From: the human T2T-CHM13v2.0 reference genome, Homo sapiens
Assembly: GCF_009914755.1 (NCBI RefSeq)
Contig: NC_060942.1
Length of the DNA: 64,000 bases
Direction: 5' to 3' (one strand)
The notes under the pieces were generated by a model. It did not search any database. It saw only the letters and a program-made list of their open reading frames with translations, and was not told the DNA's origin. Within the stretch, counting starts at the first letter, position 1, and every line of letters begins with the position of its first letter. Positions 62,613-64,000 of the stretch are shown in pieces. The position numbers were made by a program, and so were the translations under genes.

Positions 62613-62775
62613 TCCAAGGCAAGAAGTGCCAGCAACTGCCACATTCCCAAGAGAGTTGCTAGATTACCTAAGCAGGAAGAGAATCCTGCATCTCCCCCAG
62701 TAGGTAAAGCAGTTCATATTCTCCCTGCCTTCCCTCGGCCACATTTTTCTTTCCACTGAGAAAATGTCTTCATCG

Positions 62776-63056
62776 GCCCCATGTGGTGGCTCACACCTGT
62801 AATCCCAACACTTTGGGAAGCCAAGGTGGATCACTTGAGGTCAGGAATTTGAGACCCCATCTCTACTAGAAATACAAAAATTAGCCTGGCATGGTGGCGT
62901 ACGCCTGTAGTCCTAGCTACTTGGGAGCTGAGGCATAAGAGTCACTTGAACCCAGGAGGCAGAGGTTGCAGTGAGCTGAGATCGTGCCACTGCACTCCAG
63001 CGTGGGTGATAAAGCGAGAGACTCTGTCTCAAAAAAAAAAAAAAAAAAAAAAAAAA
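62776..63056 (+). mobile_element. AluS with a small internal deletion
   Basis: Alu consensus with long A tail. Confidence 0.9.
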
Positions 63057-63133
63057 CTTCATAGTGAAAGACGACCACAGCATACTCAGCTTACCTGGCA
63101 CACACTGCTGTCCAGCCCAGCAATCAGATAGTA

Positions 63134-63712
63134 CAGTAGTCCCCCTTATCCACGCACAGTTTCAGTTACCCGAGGTCAGCCTCGGTCCAAAAACACCAAA
63201 TGGAAATTCTGCTAATAAACAATTCGTAAGTTTTAAATCGTGGCTGTTCTGAGTAGCGTGATGAGCATGATGAAATACTGTGCTGTCCTGCTCTGTCCTG
63301 CCCGGGATGTGAATCATCCCTTTTCCAGCATGTCCATGCTGCCGACACTCCCCACCAAGTTAGTCACTTAGAGACGCCTCAGTTATCAGATCCACTGTCA
63401 CAGAATCACAGTGTTTGTGTCCCAGTAACTCTTCTTTGCCTTAATAATGCTCCCAAAAGTGCAAGAGTAGTGATATTGGCATATTGTTATAAATGTTCTA
63501 TTTTATTATTGTTATTGTTAATCTCTTACTGTGGCTAATTTATAAATTAACATTCACCATAGGTATGTATGTGTAGGAAAAAACAAACCTTATAGGATAG
63601 TAGGGTAGTAACCCTATCCTATATAGGATGGTAGGGTTCCACACTACCTGTGGTTTCAAGCATCCACTAGGGGGCTTGGAACATATCCCCTGCAGGTAAG
63701 GAGGGACTCCAG
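63134..63712. mobile_element. MER44-like (Tigger-derived) MITE
   Basis: TA|cagtagtcccccttatcc ... taaggagggactccag|TA; degenerate TIRs with TA TSD. Confidence 0.8.
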
Positions 63713-64000
63713 TATCTGTTTCCACCATCAGCGATCAGACTCCCCTCTTAATCCCGGGCTCAGTTTACTCAGCTCATGCACTGTTGTCCAGTCCAGCAGT
63801 CAGCTCTGTGCCAGCTCTGAGTAGGCAAGACCCAGGGAGCACAGAGTAAGAGCCCGCTCTGGGACTCGTAGCTGACACTGCCTCTAGCCGGTCAGGGCCA
63901 GTGGGAACATCGCCCCTCTTCACTATCCCACTGCTCTTGACCCTGAAGTAGCCATAGGCAGCTGTGAGGGCAAGGAAGAGAAACTTGAGGTGGGGAACAC

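Overview
Human (great-ape) genomic DNA at the 3' end of SMAD4 (chr18q21). It holds the last two coding exons (4351-4489 and 5969-6180, + strand, MH2 domain, reference codons at the known hotspots) and the ~6.6 kb 3'UTR ending near 12760. About 51 kb of repeat-dense intergenic DNA follows. The main downstream items are: an old L1M; a four-level AluJ/AluS/L1PA/Alu nest; a 7SL pseudogene; a two-LTR ERV9/LTR12 provirus on the minus strand (38529-49200, TSD CTGT) with an SVA in gag and a pol-env deletion; three LTR1/LTR27/MER52-group solo LTRs; a ~1.9 kb CDS-less mRNA 3'UTR retrocopy inside an Alu; and a ~940 bp alternating purine-pyrimidine VNTR. I see no convincing new gene system. The best leads are the orphan 3'UTR retrocopy, the ERV9 5'LTR that lost its poly(A) signal and points toward SMAD4, and the in-frame RNaseH-env fusion ORF. 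Repeat subfamily names come from visual recognition and were not computed.
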